A stretch of 64,000 nucleotides of DNA from Oikopleura dioica (Eukaryota; Animalia; Chordata). The stretch lies in the NCBI GenBank assembly GCA_907165135.1, contig OU015568.1, forward strand, positions 7,812,001 to 7,876,000. Direction: 5' to 3'. The translations under genes were made by a program, and so were the position numbers. The notes beneath the pieces were generated by a model. It ran no database searches, was not told the origin of the DNA, and saw nothing but the letters and a program-made list of their open reading frames with translations. This document shows positions 61,566-64,000 of the stretch, piece by piece (position 1 is the first letter of the stretch; each line of letters opens with the position of its first letter).

Positions 61566-63307
61566 TAGAGAGATCTTTTGATTGAGAGGACACTAGTTTT
61601 AAAGTTAGTCAAGATGTCGGACTTATTATCTTTTTCGAAAAAGAAAAGTTGGTATTTTCCATCGTGAAGTTTAATACTAGTGTCAAGATAAGAAATGAAA
61701 CTAGATTTCATTTCTTCAGATGTCATTTTGATGGTAGGGTGAAATCGATTCATGCAATTCAATATACGAGATTTTGCAGATTTTCGAGATACAATAAGGT
61801 AGTCGTCGACGTACCGTGAGCAGAAGATTATATTTCCTTTTTTGATTTCAGTATTTAGAAATTTAGTTTCTAAGTGAGAAATGAAAATATTTGCAACACA
61901 TGGGGCAAGTTTGCTGCCCATGCTGCATCCATTACGTTGACGAAAGAAACCTTCAGGAGTACTGAAGCTAGTAAATTTCTGTAAAACACCAGTTAAAAAT
62001 TCCTTGAAGATAGAGCGATCAGGAAAGTAGGAAATAGAGCCGTCTGACATTTCCTCTGGTTCGAAATATTTTAATGGATTTTTATATAAAATATCTAAAA
62101 TAACTTCGATGGCTGAGGAAACATCAATGTTAGGATACATCGAGACAATGTCTGCACTCCAAATTATATGTTCATCAACTGAAATTTGATCAGCAATGTC
62201 CATAAAAGAGGACTTGAATTGTTTAGTTGATGAATATGAAAACTGAAGTTCAGGAATAATTTTGGAAATGATGGAATAGATGTATTTTTCTGCACCACTG
62301 CATAGTGAGCCAGGGCTTCCTATGATAGTCCGCACTGGATGAGGTGAGGGTTTGTGCATTTTAAGAATACCAAAACTATTTTTGATTTTATGATTACATT
62401 GAAGACTGCGAAATGTAGAATGGGAGATTTCAGGGCGAAGTTTTTTAATAAGTAAGTTGTAATCTGAAATGTCTTTGGTTGTAGGATCAGATTCACAAAT
62501 TACAAATTTATTACGCGGAAATTCAGCATTCATTTTGCTAACATAATCAGTGGTATTAAGAAAACATAAATGTTTGCTTTTGTCAATTTTGACCAAAGTA
62601 ATATCACGATTTTTATCAAGATATTTCCGAAGAGTTTTAATGTCATCATTTTTGGTGAAACATTGTCTAAGTTGATGTAGATAATGATTGACTTCGGTTT
62701 CGACGCGTTTCTGAGTCATAATGTCAATTTTGAAGATGGAAATATGTTTTGACCAACTACGCAAGAGACTCTCAAAAGCAGGGAACAATTTGGAGTCACG
62801 AGGTGAACCTCCGACAGATCTGGAAATTCCATTTTCGAGAATTTTAAGAATTTTGGTTGGAATAATTTTGTCACTAAGATTGAAGATTTCGATCTTAGGA
62901 GAAGAGGAATCAGAATTAGAAATAAGATTTTTCAATTTTATTTCACGAGTTTTGTCAGAAGAACTTTCAGAAATTTGAATATTTCGTAGAAGTGATTTGT
63001 AAAAATCATTTCTCTCAAGTGTGGAAAAAGAGGAAGTGAAATTATCGAATTTAGATTGAAAGTCTTGAAAAGCAGAAGAAATTTCGAGGGAGAGATCATT
63101 TATGACTGTGTTGAGCCTTTTCAGTTGAAAATTTAAAAGATCTCTTTCAGTAGTTGAGGTGGCTTTAAGATTTAGTGATGGTGGTATTACTTGGTGTTGA
63201 GCACACTTTGTGAGAAACTGTAGTCTCTTCGTTAATCTGTAATGCCTTCTCATTAACCGCATCAGGAGTTCTCTCGATTCTCTCTCGCGGGAAAGTCGGT
63301 TATTCAT
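61562..63307 (-). CDS. Penelope-type reverse transcriptase (N-terminal part of the element ORF)
   Basis: KIDKSK, FGILKMHK, SADIVSMYPNI, QRNGCSMGSKLAP, SRYVDD, SYLDT. Confidence 0.95.
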   Translation of the reverse strand: MNNRLSRERESRELLMRLMRRHYRLTKRLQFLTKCAQHQVIPPSLNLKATSTTERDLLNFQLKRLNTVINDLSLEISSAFQDFQSKFDNFTSSFSTLERNDFYKSLLRNIQISESSSDKTREIKLKNLISNSDSSSPKIEIFNLSDKIIPTKILKILENGISRSVGGSPRDSKLFPAFESLLRSWSKHISIFKIDIMTQKRVETEVNHYLHQLRQCFTKNDDIKTLRKYLDKNRDITLVKIDKSKHLCFLNTTDYVSKMNAEFPRNKFVICESDPTTKDISDYNLLIKKLRPEISHSTFRSLQCNHKIKNSFGILKMHKPSPHPVRTIIGSPGSLCSGAEKYIYSIISKIIPELQFSYSSTKQFKSSFMDIADQISVDEHIIWSADIVSMYPNIDVSSAIEVILDILYKNPLKYFEPEEMSDGSISYFPDRSIFKEFLTGVLQKFTSFSTPEGFFRQRNGCSMGSKLAPCVANIFISHLETKFLNTEIKKGNIIFCSRYVDDYLIVSRKSAKSRILNCMNRFHPTIKMTSEEMKSSFISYLDTSIKLHDGKYQLFFFEKDNKSDILTNFKTSVLSIKRSLY

Positions 63308-63353
63308 CGTATATTTTTGATATTGACTTCGTTAATAATGAATCATGAGGATC

Positions 63354-63398
63354 GTTTTTCGAACGTTTTCGTTTATTTAAAACATCATCAGGAAAAAC
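63354..63398 (-). ncRNA. Minimal type I hammerhead ribozyme motif (pLTR copy B)
   Basis: Identical to copy A; about 45 nt upstream of the element ATG at 63307. Confidence 0.75.
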
Positions 63399-63686
63399 TA
63401 GAAACTGTTACGACAGAAAAAGAGATAGAAAACTAACTTGGTGTGTGAGAAAGCTGGACAGATAGCTAACTGAATCGAAAATTTCAGAGCAGAAAACAAG
63501 TGAAAAAGGAAAACAAGCGAAAGATAGTCGAGCGCCAAGGTGGCCCTAAAACTTTCTAAAAATTTCGCTTGTTTTCCTTTTTCACTTGTTTTCTGCTCTG
63601 AAATTTTCGATTCAGTTAGCTATCTGTCCAGCTTTCTCACACACCAAGTTAGTTTTCTATCTCTTTTTCTGTCGTAACAGTTTCTA

Positions 63687-63731
63687 GTTTTTCCTGATGA
63701 TGTTTTAAATAAACGAAAACGTTCGAAAAAC
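63687..63731 (+). ncRNA. Minimal type I hammerhead ribozyme motif (inverted pLTR copy C)
   Basis: GTTTTTC 63687-63693, CTGATGA 63694-63700, stem II GTTT/AAAC, GAA, AACGTT palindrome, C 63724, GAAAAAC 63725-63731. Confidence 0.75.
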
Positions 63732-64000
63732 GATCCTCATGATTCATTATTAACGAAGTCAATATCAAAAAAATATTCACAGTAGTTGTTCGCATTTGGC
63801 GCTAGACAAGTATGTAAACATTCTATTGTTCGTCCATTTTACAAAAAGATAAATTTCGGTGGAAAGCAAGAAATACAACTCGAGTTTTATACTCTTGGAC
63901 CGAACTAGTCCAGTAAAGATAAGAATCTCACATCTGGAGGTCGGCAGGCAATAGATGCATAAAATTCAATCCTCAAAAAGAACCCGCCACTGGCGAGAAA

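Larger units (their letters stand above)
60625..63775 (-). mobile_element. Penelope-like retroelement with direct 3' pLTR and inverted 5' pLTR
   Basis: RT + GIY-YIG coding region; identical 222-bp repeats at 60622-60843 and 63331-63552; inverted copy 63563-63775; 12-bp TSD TTCACAGTAGTT at 60613-60624 and 63776-63787. Confidence 0.95.

Noticed and set aside
63788-64000. Expected downstream ABHD exons
   Set aside because: Could not be placed in a unique frame with recognisable ABHD motifs before the window ends.

Overview
Eukaryotic genomic DNA, not prokaryotic. It is gene-dense, most introns are very short (about 35-80 nt), several introns have non-canonical GA-AG ends, and there are same-strand gene runs with tiny spacers where the ATG follows an AG acceptor. 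This pattern points to the appendicularian tunicate Oikopleura (inference; no database check was possible). Positions 1-23.5 kb hold two operon-like + strand clusters: SERAC1-like, TMEM33, DNLZ, DDX23, HIKESHI; then ARMC9, INTS12, an orphan, TAF13, PIGX, USP36, SAYSD1, eRF3. Next come RREB1 (+), PCNA (-), an HxxxD condensation/PapA5-like acyltransferase (-), a BMPER-like VWD-C8-TIL protein, a small secreted peptide, a Shaker-type Kv channel, DD3-3-like, a candidate neuropeptide precursor, FNDC3 (-), an XK-related protein and an ABHD4/5-like hydrolase. The hydrolase is interrupted by a young Penelope-like retroelement (RT + GIY-YIG) with a 12-bp TSD, direct and inverted pLTRs, and three copies of a minimal hammerhead ribozyme. 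Large palindromic MITEs lie at 8.9-9.7 kb and, nested, at 41.1-42.4 kb. No rRNA, tRNA, SL RNA or CRISPR array was seen. Exon boundaries were inferred by hand from reading frames and remembered family motifs, so they are approximate.
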